Shown here piece by piece: positions 23,246 through 36,595 of a stretch of 62,174 nt of DNA; position 1 is the first letter of the stretch; every line of letters starts with the position of its first letter. The stretch is from Gekko japonicus. Taxonomy: Eukaryota. The position numbers were made by a program, and so were the translations under genes. Below the pieces are notes generated by a model, which was given only the letters and a program-made list of their open reading frames with translations, was not told the origin of the DNA and did no database searches. The stretch lies in assembly GCF_001447785.1 (NCBI RefSeq), contig NW_015172565.1, forward strand, positions 1,079,732-1,141,905, read 5' to 3'.

Positions 23246-23774
23246 CACAGCTGCTACCCTGCCCTGGTAGTGTAGATTGAGTGAACTATGCAAATAAAAT
23301 ATATTCAATTTGTCTAATTTATTCCACTTAAATAGTTTTAGGAAGAGCCTCTGGTTCATTTTTTTCCCCTTTGGACACATTATTGACAACCCCTCTTGCA
23401 GCTTCTCCTATAATAGGTGGCAACTGGGTGTTTTGCTTAATGCCACTCTGTGTGAATTAAAAATAAAGCCTGGATAAGACTCGCTACATGAAGACCATAT
23501 TTGAGTCTCTTTTGTAATATTCAATCAGCTAAAGGATCCTAACTGTAGCAATCCAGTTCCTAAGTAATTTTGAGATCTGGGCCGTGGTCATGCTTGAAAG
23601 CCAGATAACAGGCCCAGCTCCTTTTGTGTAGGTAGGGATTTTATGGAGAAACTAACAGATACTAGGATACTGACAGTGCAGTCTTAAACAGTTTCACCCT
23701 TCTAAGTCCATTGAAATCCGTGCGCTAAGGAGAGTGTAACTCTGATTAGGATTGCAGTGAGCATAGCTTTGATG

Positions 23775-24135
23775 GGAGGTAGATTCAGGATGAAGAAACA
23801 GAAATCCTTCTTTACTCAACAATTGATTAAAATGTGGAATTCTCTGCCAGAAGATGCAGTGATGGCCAGAGGCACAAACAGATTTTAAAAGGGATTAGAC
23901 AGATTCGTGGAGGATAGGTCTATCAGTGGCTACTAGCCGTGGTGCCTAAAGGGAACCTCCACATTTAGAGGCACTAAACCTCTGAATCTCAGAGCCAGGA
24001 AGCAGCATCAGGGAATGGCCTTGGTCTCTATGCCCTTTTGTTGGCCCTCCAGAGGAACTGGTTGGGGACCGTGTGAGACTGGATGCTGGACTAGATGGAC
24101 CACCAGTCTGATACAGCAGGGCTCTTCTTATGCTC
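23775..24135 (+). mobile_element. CR1 LINE 3' end in DDX47 intron 3
   Basis: FFTQ.LIKMWNSLPED...FKRGLDRF remnant and a TCTTCTTATG tail. Confidence 0.8.
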
Positions 24136-24236
24136 TTTCCTGAAAATGAATTGTGGGCAGGGTGCTCAGAGAGTACTGACAGAGGTAGCCAGCTGTTTGT
24201 GTTTCAAAGGACCTTATTTGGCTTTTCTTTCCCTAG

Positions 24237-24308
24237 CTGTAATCGTTGGAGGAATTGACATGATGGCTCAGTCTCTGGCCTTAGCCAAGAAGCCGCATGT
24301 AATAATAG
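24237..24308 (+). CDS. DDX47: DDX47 exon 4
   Basis: Encodes VIVGGIDMMAQSLALAKKPHVII; 72 nt with AG/GTAAGT boundaries. Confidence 0.95.
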
Positions 24309-25195
24309 GTAAGTAGATGGGATTACCCAAGTAACAATAATGAGATCTTAAGGAATCCATGTTATCTGGAAGGTATTGCAGAGTTGAATTCTTCTACCTC
24401 TGAAGTGAAGCAATGAGAAGCATTAGGAGAAGTACCTGATTGCCCAGAAGCAAGCGACACGGGGTTGCCCAGCTATCTCGGAATCTTTGGGGCTTGAAAG
24501 GCAGAATAGAAACCTTTCAAGTAAATCATTTAAGCATTGGTGATACAAATACTTTACTTCTCTCTCCCTGCCTTTCCTGTTCAATGCTTCCTGAGTCCAG
24601 CTAGCTAGAAAGCTAGCCAACAGCTGTCACTGTTGCTCTTCAGTTCTAGAATAATGGCAGTTGTGGGAACACAGTCCGGCACACCCCCAGCTTCCTCCAT
24701 CCAGCAGCTCTTCTGCCTGGGACTCTCAGTTGCCATTCCCTAGTGTAGAATCTTTCTGGCTCTTTTCTGCTAGAAGAGGGCTTAATCATGTTATTTGTAA
24801 TTTGAGCAGGATTGTTCGGACTCTTTTTCATCTAGTTTGAGAATGCCTAATAGGTTGGCCAAGCTTATGCTGTAACTTCATGGGGTTAAAACCTATTCTT
24901 GATTTAGGTCAGGATCCTCTTTTTTCACAGTCTCGCCTTTGTCTCTCTCAAAACAACCCTGCCAATTCTGACCTGTGCAAGGCCTTGGCTCAGTGCTTAC
25001 TCTTGTGTCTATGTTTGCAGAGGCTTATCAAAGAAGGAAACAATGGTAATCGGAAAAGTGATGTGCTAAAATGTGTGTGGTGGTCACATGGCAGCAGTAC
25101 TCTGTAGATGGTGCCAGGTGTTAACATCTTATTTTCAGTCACATACCCAACTGGGCAAAATTCTGGAATATTCTCCTCTTGATGATCTCACATAG

Positions 25196-25360
<165 letters not shown>

Positions 25361-25610
25361 TGAGTAATTTTAATGATGCTGTCTAGCGCTGCAGTGCCAA
25401 ATGTTGCAACGTGTACTTGGCAGGCACTGGCTCCTACCTGCATTCCACTTGTTGACAAGAAAAACACACCAGTCTTCGCAAAGAGGCATGCTTTCTCCAC
25501 CATTTACAGCTAGTAGCTTGCTGGAATGCTCATTGTGTTGCTCTGGACTGCCTCTTTCCCACTGTGTGGATCGACTGTCCTACAGTTGACACAGTGGCAT
25601 TATTGGTAAT

Positions 25611-26352
25611 TGTGACGTCCTCCTTATTGGGAGGACTGGGTTCCCTTTAAAAGTGTTCTTTTTATTTTATTCTACTAGGTATATACGGCTGCCACCAGGA
25701 AATTTAAGGCTTTGCAAACCTTTATACTTTACTGTTGCTCTTACTATTTTGGTAGACCAAGTACAAGGCTTACGAGGAACTATGTGGTCTTGAGGAAGTA
25801 TTTCTTTCAGAGCTGGTATACCTAAATAAAAGAGGATTTATTGAAGTAATTCATAAATAAAAGGGTAGAATAATGTAACCAGTAAGGAGTAAATCATGAA
25901 CAAATGCTTAGTGTATCACACACAATCTGCTCCCTTACTGACAGGGATCTTTCAGGTAACTTTGTAACACTTTAACTCAAGGTCATATATGTTTACTGTT
26001 TCTCTCCAGGACATACAGCCTTTCCTATAACTTGTCTTCAATTAAGCTTTCATTTAATTTTTCCTATTCTCTCAGCCTTCCTTCTGCTTCTCACTTCCCT
26101 CACACAGAACTGCTTCTCTCTCCTTCTCTCACAGAACTCAGAACTAACTGAACTCCTCAACTGTCAAACCTGTAACTGTAACACCTGACTGACATACATA
26201 TCCACTCATTCTCACTTCCAAAACCCCGCCCCCTCTGTCAACCACCAATCATACCACGCTTGCTTCTCTCAACCACTCTAGTCTACTTACCACCGCCATG
26301 CAACCAAACTTTTAAAGAGACACACACACACTTAAAACAAGGAATCATTACA
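25611..26352 (-). mobile_element. Solo LTR in DDX47 intron 5 (antisense)
   Basis: TGT...ACA termini and a perfect 5-bp TSD GTAAT at 25606-10 and 26353-57. AATAAA, a GC box and an ATTGG (inverted CCAAT) box occur on the minus strand. Confidence 0.75.
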
Positions 26353-26689
26353 GTAATGCTTCTGTACCCTTTTAGAAAAAGCAAGATTTCTTGGAAGGCT
26401 TGTAATCTTGTTATTAAGTGCTATCCAGGTTCTCTTCCAGGGCTCTGTTGGATTACACTTATGCTGTACTCTAGCCTCACCATGTGGCTACTGTAGTGCA
26501 CCATATTGCACACAGGCTGCAACTTGTTACAGTGGTTCAAATAAAAGGAAGTGACTTCCATAACTGCTTATTCCATTTGCACCGAGGTTGATTGGTACTC
26601 CACAAGGATATTCTGTGCGTGTGCGCAAGCATGTGTATGTAATGATTATTTGGCTGTGACTTTGTTTCACTTGCCTGTTTTCTTCACAG

Positions 26690-26761
26690 GTAGACAAGAT
26701 CCTGAAAGTGATTCCCAGAGACAGGAAGACATTTCTCTTTTCTGCTACAATGACTAAAAAG
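26690..26761 (+). CDS. DDX47: DDX47 exon 6 (SAT motif)
   Basis: Encodes VDKILKVIPRDRKTFLFSATMTKK; 72 nt. Confidence 0.96.
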
Positions 26762-26892
26762 GTGCGAGAAGCTGGCATTAACCTTCTGACTGAGTTAGGG
26801 AAGAAGAAGAGAAAAAGGGGGTATCGAAACCAGGCAAGTGAAGAATGACAAGTTGTGTCTGACAATTAAATTCAAGTCTGTTTTTCGTTCAG

Positions 26893-27009
26893 GTGCAAAA
26901 ACTCCAGCGTGCAGCGCTTAAGGATCCGGTTAAGTGTGCAGTTTCGACTAAGTACCAGACTGTTGAAAAACTGCAACAATATTATATTTTCATCCCTTCC
27001 AAGTTCAAG
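26893..27009 (+). CDS. DDX47: DDX47 exon 7
   Basis: Encodes VQKLQRAALKDPVKCAVSTKYQTVEKLQQYYIFIPSKFK; 117 nt. Confidence 0.96.
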
Positions 27010-27161
27010 GTAACTTTATTTCCTTTCTCTGTTTCATACTGCTGCAGCACTCCTCTTTACTCTTTAAGAAAAAAATATTCTCCTTTACCTAATCTGCATT
27101 ATTTCTTTCCCTTTCTGATCTAATCTCCACCCCCACCCCACCCCCCTGGCTCCTCTCCTAG

Positions 27162-27308
27162 GACAGTTACCTCGTCTATATTCTGAACGAACTTGCCGGG
27201 AATTCGTTCATGATATTCTGCAGTACTTGCAACAACACTCAGAGGACAGCCCTCCTGCTTCGGAATCTGGGCTTCACTGCCATCCCCCTCCACGGACAGA
27301 TGAGTCAG
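27162..27308 (+). CDS. DDX47: DDX47 exon 8
   Basis: Encodes [49 protein letters not shown]; 147 nt. Confidence 0.96.
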
Positions 27309-27559
27309 GTATTGGCTGGCCTTCATGCAAGGAGGTTTCTGGGGTGCTCTAATGGAATCATAAGCATTGTAATGACAAATGCAATGTATGTGTAGTGTTA
27401 GATTTGTTTATCCTTTTACTAAAAAAAAAAGCACAAAAACTTCTAGTCTTGTGGAATAGATGAAAAGTGAATCTCGAAATTTTTACTTTTTTAAAATACT
27501 TTTTTCCTGGTTGGAAAAGTTTTAAAAGCTGCTTACTGTTTCTTCTTCTTCTTCTTCAG

Positions 27560-27697
27560 AATAAACGATTAGGATCCCTGAATAAGTTCAAGGCCAAAGA
27601 ACGATCTATTCTGTTGGCTACGGACGTCGCTAGCAGAGGTCTGGACATCCCCCATGTCGATGTAGTGATAAACTTTGACATTCCTACCCATTCCAAG
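27560..27697 (+). CDS. DDX47: DDX47 exon 9 (motif V)
   Basis: Encodes [46 protein letters not shown]; 138 nt. Confidence 0.97.
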
Positions 27698-29403
27698 GTG
27701 AGTTGAAAGGAAAGCTGCTATCTGCCTCTCAAAATTTGGGACGTCTCAATGGAGTTCACAGGAAAAGATAGGAAATACTTGGCTTTCTTCTTCCATAATT
27801 GTGGGTAGTTCATAGTGGTGGAACAGCAACACTTTTTCTGTGAGCCCTCATTGAATGATAAAAAGTTGGGGAAAGGAGTAAGTATACCAGCAAGGGATGT
27901 GGCTGCAGGATACTGTTGTTCATACGGTAGAGTTCAAAGTGATAAGTGAAGGGTTCACTTTGGTCGGGTCACGCTTTCCTGAAGGAGCCAGTGTGCAGGT
28001 TGAGGTTGTTCCTGAACCTGGCTTTGTTGCTTGATGCTTAGGTGGCAGCTATGGCTGAGAGTCTCCCCCTCCCCCCCAAATCTTTGTTTGATCCACCGTC
28101 TTTCAGAAAAATCAAGATCATGTTTCTGTAAGCCAGGCCTCATAGTCAGGCTAGTTTAATGATGCTTGGAAGACTATTCAGAAACATTAGCAGATTCAAA
28201 TTTTTTAGATGGGAGTCGTTCTTGGGGGATCATGTAACAACAGTCCTAGAAGATATCCACTGGGTATTAGCTGGTTTTCAGACTCAATTCAAGGTGCTGT
28301 TTTTTGTTCTTGAGATTCCAACATAAACAGGAGCCTGATTACTTGAAGGAATACCCCCTCTTCTGAATATCTCTCCACATACACTGATAACTTATGAGGA
28401 GGCTGTCTTGTTGGAGGTGTGAAAGGTGGCTACAAAGGCTTAGAGCTTTGTTAGCGTGGGACTCCATTCTCATGCTCCCTACCTAGGACTTTGGATCTCT
28501 CACTCCTCTCTTGGCTTTTAGAAAGCAGGTGAAGGCCATTTTATTTAGAAAGCTGTTTCAGTTGGTTATTACAATGGTCTGGAGAACTGCTATTTTAATA
28601 TTTTTCTTGTAGTGTATTATATGTGTTGATTCTATGGGTTGTTTTGTGAATTTTATGGTATATTATAAACTGCTCAGGGAGGCAGTATAGTATAGTGCTT
28701 TGAATGTTGGAGACCCAAGTTCAGCCATGAAGCAGGCTGGTTGATTGTGGAGCAATCATGCATTTCCAGCCCCACCTACCAATCAGGGCTGTTGTGAGGA
28801 TAAATGGGGAAGTGGAAATGTGTATGGCATCCTAAGTTCCTTGGAGGAAGAGTGTGATAAAATGGATCAGTAGGTAGCATTGTGTTTGAGGTAGCTGACC
28901 ATATAGTCCGTTTCCATAGTCTGTTACTATCAGATGTCTTCCAGTCTTCAATGTGCAACCCTAATGAGATATGCCTTCATTTTGCCCATCAGAATTATTT
29001 GCTTGCTGTTGCTTAGCTAAGAATAGCTATTACAAAGATATCTTTATGGAAGTATCATTTCTCCCCACTATACAGTTTGTATTTTTTAAGACAGATAAAT
29101 AGTTCAAAAGGCTCTGGTTGGAATCAAATGAAGAATTCCACATGGTACTTTGCAAATGATTGATCAGGTAGCCACTTTAACTGTATGGGGAGGCAGCTGG
29201 TTGCAGCCACTTACCTACCTAAGCCCAGCTACCTGGGTGAAACTAGACAGCCTTGAAATAGGCCAAATACATATTCTGATGAAGCAAGATGGAACATGCA
29301 TCATGGTGCCTTCTCCACCATAGCTTGGTCCAGGTTCCGCTCTTTTTAGTATTTTCTGTTGCCTGATCTGTGTTCTTTGACTGGCTCTCTGGATCTGTTT
29401 CAG

Positions 29404-29474
29404 GATTACATTCATCGTGTGGGAAGAACTGCTCGTGCTGGGCGCTCTGGCAAATCAATCACCTTTGTCACGCA
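29404..29474 (+). CDS. DDX47: DDX47 exon 10 (motif [10 protein letters not shown])
   Basis: Encodes [24 protein letters not shown]; 71 nt. Confidence 0.96.
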
Positions 29475-29603
29475 GTAAGTAGTGCTGTACACCATGGACA
29501 GCAGCTCTGCATCTTATCCGAGTGGGTGGGGAAGTATGCTTGTGATGTGGAACAGCAACAGCATGAGGATCCTGTGATGGAGGGGAATAGAGGTGGGTCC
29601 TGA

Positions 29604-29796
29604 CCAGTGAGTTAGTGTGAGCTAGCTCACAGTTTATTAGCCTCTAGCTCACATGTTTTTGTCTTAGTTCAGGAAGGATGGCTCCAGAGCCAACTAATTG
29701 ATGCAGTAACCACATCGCTCGCTCACAACTTTGATGCCAGTAGCTCACAAAGTGGAATTTTTGTTCACAGGACTCCACAGTTTAGAGGGAGCATTG
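29604..29796. mobile_element. hAT-type MITE, family A (copy 4, one TIR partly deleted)
   Basis: Homologous to copies 2 and 5. Confidence 0.75.
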
Positions 29797-29798
29797 TT

Positions 29799-30287
29799 GT
29801 TTTTTTAATAATAATTTTTATTAATTTTCAAAAATATAGAGTACAGAGTAACAAGATCAGTTGAACGAGCTACAACTGGTTTATAAACATAAGGTATTCC
29901 TGTACCGAAGAAACAGCAAACCAAACTTTTTAAAAAGACAAACTTTCAACTCGTACACTTTCAACAAACCTAATAACTTTTAAATAAACATTTAATATTG
30001 GCTATTTATGGAGTCAGTAGCTTAGGAGGAGGTCAGCTGTTAACCAACTGTGAGACTGGTTCACCTTAGAGTATATCTCTAAGCCGCTCTGAGACACCTT
30101 TGGGTAGTGAAGGGTGGGATATAAATCCAATCTCTTCTTCTCCATCTTGACCTGTTTTTTCTAATAATAAAGACCATTTTTCTAGTGGATTAAGTAACTC
30201 CCTCTCACATCTGTTCACGTCAAAGAAAACCACACACTTTTCCATTAGAAAGTAGTCCCAGGCTATAGAGATGCAGCGATTAACTGT
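29799..30287 (-). mobile_element. 5'-truncated L1-like LINE 3' end with a nested SINE tail
   Basis: Poly(T)/TTTATT end, a minus-strand ORF remnant (WDYFLMEK...EKWSLLLE), and a 13-bp TSD AGGGAGCATTGTT at 29786-98 and 30288-300. A SINE 3' piece lies at about 30075-30145. Confidence 0.65.
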
Positions 30288-30398
30288 AGGGAGCATTGTT
30301 TGGAATGCTTTTGGAGGGGATCCTAAAAGAATGTCAACGGGTGCAATGCCGCCAGGCAGAGGCCGATGCGTTTAATACCTTTCCTTAGCCCCCTCTGC

Positions 30399-30598
30399 CA
30401 GTGTTCCCTCTAAGCTGAGTTAGTGTGAGCTAGCTCACAGTTTTTTAGCCTCTGGCTCACACATTTTTGTCTTAGGAAAGATGGCTCCAGAACAAACTAA
30501 TTTATACAGCAGCCAAATCTCCTGCTCACAACTTTAATGCCAATAGCTCACAGAGTAGAATTTTTGCTCACAGGGCTTCATAGCTTAGAGGGAACTTG
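30399..30598. mobile_element. hAT-type MITE, family A (copy 5)
   Basis: CAGTGTTCCCTCTAAGCTG...GCTTAGAGGGAAC. Confidence 0.8.
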
Positions 30599-30678
30599 GG
30601 TCCTGATTAGTTTATGGGGTGCTGATCAAGGGGAATGAGAGACAAGATATGACAGAGACCTTGGCTACTGTCCCACAG

Positions 30679-30808
30679 GTATGATGTGGAGCTCTTCCAG
30701 CGCATTGAGCACCTGATAGGCAAGAAGCTGCCTGCTTTCCCCACTCAGGAGGATGAGGTCATGATGCTGACGGAGCGTGTGGCAGAAGCACAAAGATTTG
30801 CTCGGATG
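30679..30808 (+). CDS. DDX47: DDX47 exon 11
   Basis: Encodes YDVELFQRIEHLIGKKLPAFPTQEDEVMMLTERVAEAQRFARM; 130 nt. Confidence 0.96.
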
Positions 30809-31974
30809 GTAGGTCTTGCTGCCTGTCGGTAGTTGTCAGACTGTGTCTGCCCAACCACAGATCCATGAGTTTGTTTCATATTGGGAGGGCAGCCATTGGT
30901 TAGCAAACCCATCTGAGCAGCTTTGCCTATGGGTGCATTTGGAGTGCGCAATGCCAGGAACATTGTTAGTGCAAAGTAACCACATGCAAGGCCATTTCTG
31001 ATTTAAGATGTACATCATGTGCCACAGTCTTTTGCTTCTTTCCAAGTTGGCTGTGAGAGCAAGTAGTTTTTAAAAACATATCTGTTGCACACTAACACTT
31101 CACAGTTGAAAATAGGGATGTTTCTTTGTATGGGTGGGAGGGGCCTGGGGCAAGGAGCAATGTAGCCACCTCCTCAAAAATGAGACATTTGGAAGGGCAA
31201 GTTCCTTCCAAAGCTGTGAAAAATGTGCCTTTCCTGGCTGAATGGGAGCAGTTGGATGGGTGTTCTCAAATCCAAAAATGTAAGTTCTTCATGAAATGCC
31301 CACTACAGAACTTAGGAAACTGGGAGGCAGATTTTTTTTCTGCACACACATACTCTCTGCTTCCTCCCTCCCCCAGAATAGCAGTGAACAGTATCAAAAG
31401 TGTTCACCTATTCAGAGTGAGGGCAGGAAAGCATTCACCCTCAGGGACAAGCTAGATAATATGGTGTGTCTGGGGCCACTGTTGCCAGTTTACCACTGGA
31501 ATTCCCTCACTTTACAAACACCGGGGGGGGGGGGAAGCTTCCTCCCCTGGTGCTATACTGAAGAGCCCCAAACCCCAAAGTGAGCTAGCAATAAAATGGC
31601 ATCCACAGGTATACCATATCTTCTAGTTCATCCCTCACTCTGAGCTGGTCTTGTGCTGTTGTGACATAGCCAAATCTGATCACAGCGCCTAGCAAAAAGG
31701 ACACTGTTTTAAAAAGTGGTGCCAAAATAGAGGAGGGGAAGTGAATAGATGTGAAAAGGTAGCATTTATGTGGGGGTGATAGGAAAGTTTCCCCTTCCCT
31801 CTGATAACATTTGTGAATATTTGGTGCATTCTCAATTTAGAATCCACTTACATATCTACTGGTTAAGCCTGTGGTGCTGATTGCGTGTCTAATGCGTTCA
31901 GTCCTCTTTATCTTCATGATTCTTCTTCTAACTGCTGAGAAGCTCAAGTAATTGCCATTCTATTTTCACCACAG

Positions 31975-32103
31975 GAATTGCGGCAGCAGGAAGAAAAGAA
32001 GAAGCGCTCTCGAGATGAGGCAGATGACGGTGATGACACTGAGGGAACAATGGGCGTCAGGAACAAAGTGGCTGGTGGGAAAAAGAAGAAGCGGAAAGCG
32101 TGA
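31975..32103 (+). CDS. DDX47: DDX47 exon 12 (terminal coding part)
   Basis: Encodes ELRQQEEKKKRSRDEADDGDDTEGTMGVRNKVAGGKKKKRKA*. The 12 exons sum to 1341 nt, i.e. 446 aa plus stop, with the frame preserved. Confidence 0.95.
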   Translation, partial: ELRQQEEKKKRSRDEADDGDDTEGTMGVRNKVAGGKKKKRKA

Positions 32104-32562
32104 CATTTCTTTGTGCTGTTAGGTTCCTTGGTTTCTGGGAAGCTCTGGTTCAGCGCCATTATCAGACTGGCTCTCCATCACTAGCCTAATAACAAGAACT
32201 CTTCTGCTTGATTAGTGTCTTTGCTAGTGGGACGCAATCCAATATCCTGGATATAATGCTGATTTATTTTATGAAAGAAGCTTGGGAAACATACAGCAGT
32301 GTTCGGGATTGCTCATTACGCATTTTTTATCCACCACTAGGGAGCAGGAGAGAACTGGTTCGATGATCTTTTTCTGGGCAGTGAATCTTTTCAGTCTACT
32401 GCCACCCAAGTTATATAGAGAGACTTCCACATCCCATAATTTTATGAAATGACGGGGGGGGGGGGGGGGGTGGTAAAAAAACCCCATTATATTGGTTCCT
32501 GGATTTGCAGACAAAGAGGATGAAACTCTGAAATGAGTTTCTTGCCTTAAATCAGGGAGAAA

Positions 32563-32568
32563 AATAAA
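32563..32568 (+). terminator. Candidate DDX47 polyadenylation signal
   Basis: First AATAAA, about 460 nt after the stop codon, followed by GT/T-rich sequence. Confidence 0.55.
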
Positions 32569-32686
32569 AATGTGTGTATATTTAAACCAAAGCTAGACTG
32601 GTTGCCTTTCCATGTCTCCATGGTGTTGTTGCCATGCTGTGCTTTTCCTTTCTTGTTTCAAGTATTTGTGCTGATCAAATTGGTGA

Positions 32687-32827
32687 TACCCTGTTTCCCC
32701 GAAAATAAGACCTACCCCAAAAATAAGCCCTAGCAGGATTTCTATGCATTTGTGGTATAAGCCCTAGTGTGTCTTCTTGAGAAAAAATAAATATAAGACA
32801 GTGTCTTATTTTCGGGAAAACACGGTA
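32687..32827. mobile_element. Tc1/pogo-type MITE, family B (copy 2)
   Basis: Near-identical to 6574-6714 and TA-flanked. Confidence 0.85.
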
Positions 32828-35156
32828 GGTACCCATCAGTGCTGGATGTGTTTATGTGCTATGCCTGCTTCACCTCAAAAAGAAGTCCTTCCACAAGAGG
32901 GAAAATACTGGTTTAAAGTGCATGCTTCCTTTCTCCCTCCTTTCTGGAGTCCGGCCCAAGAGCAGCACTCAGAGGCAGTGCGTGTTCAGGCAAGATGTCC
33001 ACCAGACTGCATGGGGAATAGCCAGTTGATTGCTGTTTTCCTCCCTCTCTGTGCTGCTCTGCTTAGCAGAATGAAAGCACTTTAATAAAAGTGAGAGGGC
33101 CTCCGCCTTGTGTCCTCTTGCTGAAAGTCCTTGGGCTCTGTTTCCATTGCTGCTCGCTGGCAGTATGTGAACAGTGAAGGTGATTTCACTAGAAACAGGC
33201 CACCCACTCATATAACTGAGTGATGATCTGGTGACTACAGTGTTTCTATATTGAGTACACAGAGCTGTGACAGCAAAACCGTGTCCTCCCTGGTATTGAT
33301 GCATGTTCCTAACTGGTTTTTCAATAACAAATGAGGGCAGGCTTAACAATACGAGACCTGCTTCTGAACTTCAGTAAAGTCTGTTTGTTATGACGGGGGT
33401 GGGGGGGGTGCTGTATAGCAAGGGACTTGTGCATTCCCAGTGCCCCATGAGCAGCACTTGCTGAGTTTTGCATAGGGGTAGAGATGTATGTTTCTGGAAA
33501 TTGTAAAGCCATGAGGGGGGATCCTGTTTTTTCCTAGAAAAACATACCAGTTTTGGAAAACACTGAAATATATGCAGTACTTATTGTCCTATCAAACCTA
33601 AGGTGATGTTACTGCTTTAACAACATAAAATGAATCATTTATAACTTACTGAGCATATAAAACTGCAACATTTGACACACTTATGGACTTGACCGTTATA
33701 AATGCCTCAGTTTTCTATAAGTAAAATTGCAAGTGTATGCAATACTTGAGAGAGAAGACTGCAAGCTGATGCACCCTTTGCTATCCTAGCACAGGTACCT
33801 TAATTTTTGCCGTCTGCTTTAGAGAGCGCTCGGTTCTCAATGGAACTTTCAGAGTTTTCCCCTGAGGCTTTGGTGCACTTTCTGCCCTGCCTCCTCCTGA
33901 TCTTTTTCTCCCTCCAGCAAGGTAAGGCAATAAGCTACCCTATCTGTGGATATATGTGTCACAGTGGTTTGCGGGAGAGGAGAAAAAGTCAACCACATCA
34001 GGTCAAAATGACAACAGAAAGTATGCAACAGTTGACAAGCAATGAAAGCCCTGCATGCCCCCCTCATGAGATCAGGTATCCGTTAGGTACAGAAATGCCT
34101 CTTGGATCTAATAGCTATACATGTCTACAGCATGCCTGGTCTTCGAAAGCATTTAATTCATCCTAAAAAAAAGAATATAGGAGTTTTTCCCCCACTACTA
34201 CAAATGTGTAATTTTGCTATTGGAAAAACTGAAAGGAAAAAAGGCCTCAGAGAAAAAAAACTGGGCTTTTTTTTCTGAATTTTCCCATCCCCCCCCCCCC
34301 CCCCCCCCCAAAAAAACGGGGTTTTTTTTTTAAATTTTCCCCCCCCCCCCCCCCCCCCCGGCCTTCACATCTCTGCCTAGGAGTGGATGTCAGCCCTTCA
34401 GCATTAGAAGAGCCCTGCTGCATCAGACCAGTGGTCTGTCTAGTCCAGCATCCTGTTTCACACAGCCGGGAGACATTTGCCCTGGAAGACCAATGAACAG
34501 GCACAGAGACCAAGGCCTTTCCCCTAATTTGCCTTGTAGGCTTTGGCTTTCAAAAGTTTACTGGCTCTAGATATGCAGGTTCCCTTTACTGATCATGGGT
34601 AGTAGCCACTGATGGACCTGTCCTCCATGAATCTGCTGTCCTTTTTAAAGTCATCTATGCCCATCACTACCTGGCAGTATATTCCACAGTTTAATTACTC
34701 ATTGAGTAAAGTAGTTCTTTTAGTCTATCCTGTACCTGTTGTCTGTCAACTTCATTGGGGGCCTCCTGAGTTCTAGTATAATTGGGGGGGGGCAGGGCCG
34801 GCTCCAGCTTATTTTGCACCCTAGGCGAGGATCCCTTCTGCCCCCCCCCCCCCGGGGCCCCCCCCATTTTAAAAANNNNNNNNNNNNNNNNNNNNNNNNN
34901 NNNNNNNNNNNNNNNNNNNNNNNNNNNNNNNNNNNNNNNNNNNNNNNNNNNNNNNNNNNNNNNNNNNNNNNNNNNNNNNNNNGGGGCGCCGCCGGGGGGG
35001 GGGGGGGGGAGAAAGTCCCCTATCCACATGTAAATGTATAAACTAGGGGGAAAGCTTCCTCTTCTCTGTATCATTCTTACGTGAGCATTAGAGAGAAGGG
35101 AAAGGTGGACTGAGAGGTCAAAGGGAGGGAGACCTTCCCTCTCTGGGGCTGCAACG

Positions 35157-35157
<1 letters not shown>

Positions 35158-35202
<45 letters not shown>
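35158..35202. repeat. (CA)n(TA)n microsatellite
   Basis: Directly visible in the sequence. Confidence 0.95.
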
Positions 35203-35203
<1 letters not shown>

Positions 35204-35329
35204 ATTTTATTATCAAATTTATACCCTGCCCTACCAGCCGGAGCCGGCTCAGGGCGGCTTACAGAAAGAATAAAACGCACAATAGACAGTTTAAATAATC
35301 CTAAAACCATATGTGAGTGATACTCAGTT

Positions 35330-36275
35330 CTATCTTTTCCACATAATTCTGAGGATGTTGTTGATGTTCTGAACCAGTGCTTGGAGAGAGTAATGAGCTG
35401 GATGAGGGTGAGCAAGCTGCAACTTAGTCCTAACAACACAGAGATGGATCAGTAGAAAGGCAGACTAGAGATTTGTTCTCCCTTGTCTTGGATTGGGTTA
35501 TACTACTCCCCTTCAAAAGTCAGGTTTGCATCTTGGGAGTTCTGCTTGACAAAGCGGTCAGTTTAGAAAACCAGGTGGCTGCAGTGGCTCAGAGTGCATT
35601 TGCCCAGCTCTGGCTGGTGACTCAACTGCTTTCATTCCTGGTTCAGTCCGATCTAGCCACAGTGACCCCTGCCTTAGTGACCTCTAGACTGGACTATTGT
35701 GATGAGTTCTACTCAGGACAACCCTTGAAGAGTGGAGGCTGCAGCTAGTGCAGAATGCTGGGGTTCGACTGCTGGTCAGGGCAAGTTACTGGCATCATGT
35801 GACCCCCCCCCCCCAATATTATAGCAAATATATTGGCTTCCAATCTGTCCCTGAGCCCAATTCAAGGTGTTAGTTTTGACTTTTAAAGCTCTACATAGCT
35901 TGGGACCAGGGTATTTGAAGGACCATCTTCTCCCCTACATTCCTGCCTGGGAACTAAAATCACAGGGAGAGGTCCTCTTGAGTGTCCCATCGACCAAAGG
36001 AACTCCTTGGGGGAGCAGACGAGAGAGGGCCTTTGCACTGGCAGCCCCACGGCTATGGAACAACCTCCCCAGGTAGGTACACCTGGTCCCCCCACTCAAA
36101 TCTTTAGGAGGCAGTTGAAGGCAGTTTTATTCATGACAGTATTTGATTACTTTTTTTTTTTTTTTGCGCCTACTGGCAGTTTTAACTAACAGTTTTTATG
36201 TATTAGTATTTGCAATGTAAGCTGCCTTGAATTACTAAAAGGTAGAAAGGTGGCTAATAAAAGTTTAAATAAATA
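35330..36275 (+). mobile_element. L2 LINE 3' fragment
   Basis: ALVTSRLDYC, FKVLVLTFKAL and RAFALAAPRLWNNLP remnants. Confidence 0.85.
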
Positions 36276-36595
36276 CATGTGGTAGGTAGACTGTGATGGC
36301 CAAAACTCCTTCATGGGCACCTTTTTGTACCTAAGGTGCCTATAAACTTAAAAGGCGAACTTCCCTCTTCCTTGACAGCTGATGAGTCATTCAAGAAACA
36401 ATCAATATGTTGGGGTGGGTTGGGGCCCCCTCACCCATTTCGTTTGCCAGTAAGTATACAAATCCTACAAGCTTAATAAAGGCCCTGTTCAGGGCCATGT
36501 AGTCAATACTCCACATGAGCCAATGTCAAAGCATCTTGCATGTTTTCTGGTCCTATACCTATGGCTTGATTGGCCAAGAGACCTAAAGGAAGAGA

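Noticed and set aside
34240-35010. Homopolymer-rich quasi-repeats and the ORFs spanning them
   Set aside because: Long C/G/A/T runs next to an N gap look like low-quality sequence from GC-rich transposon ends.
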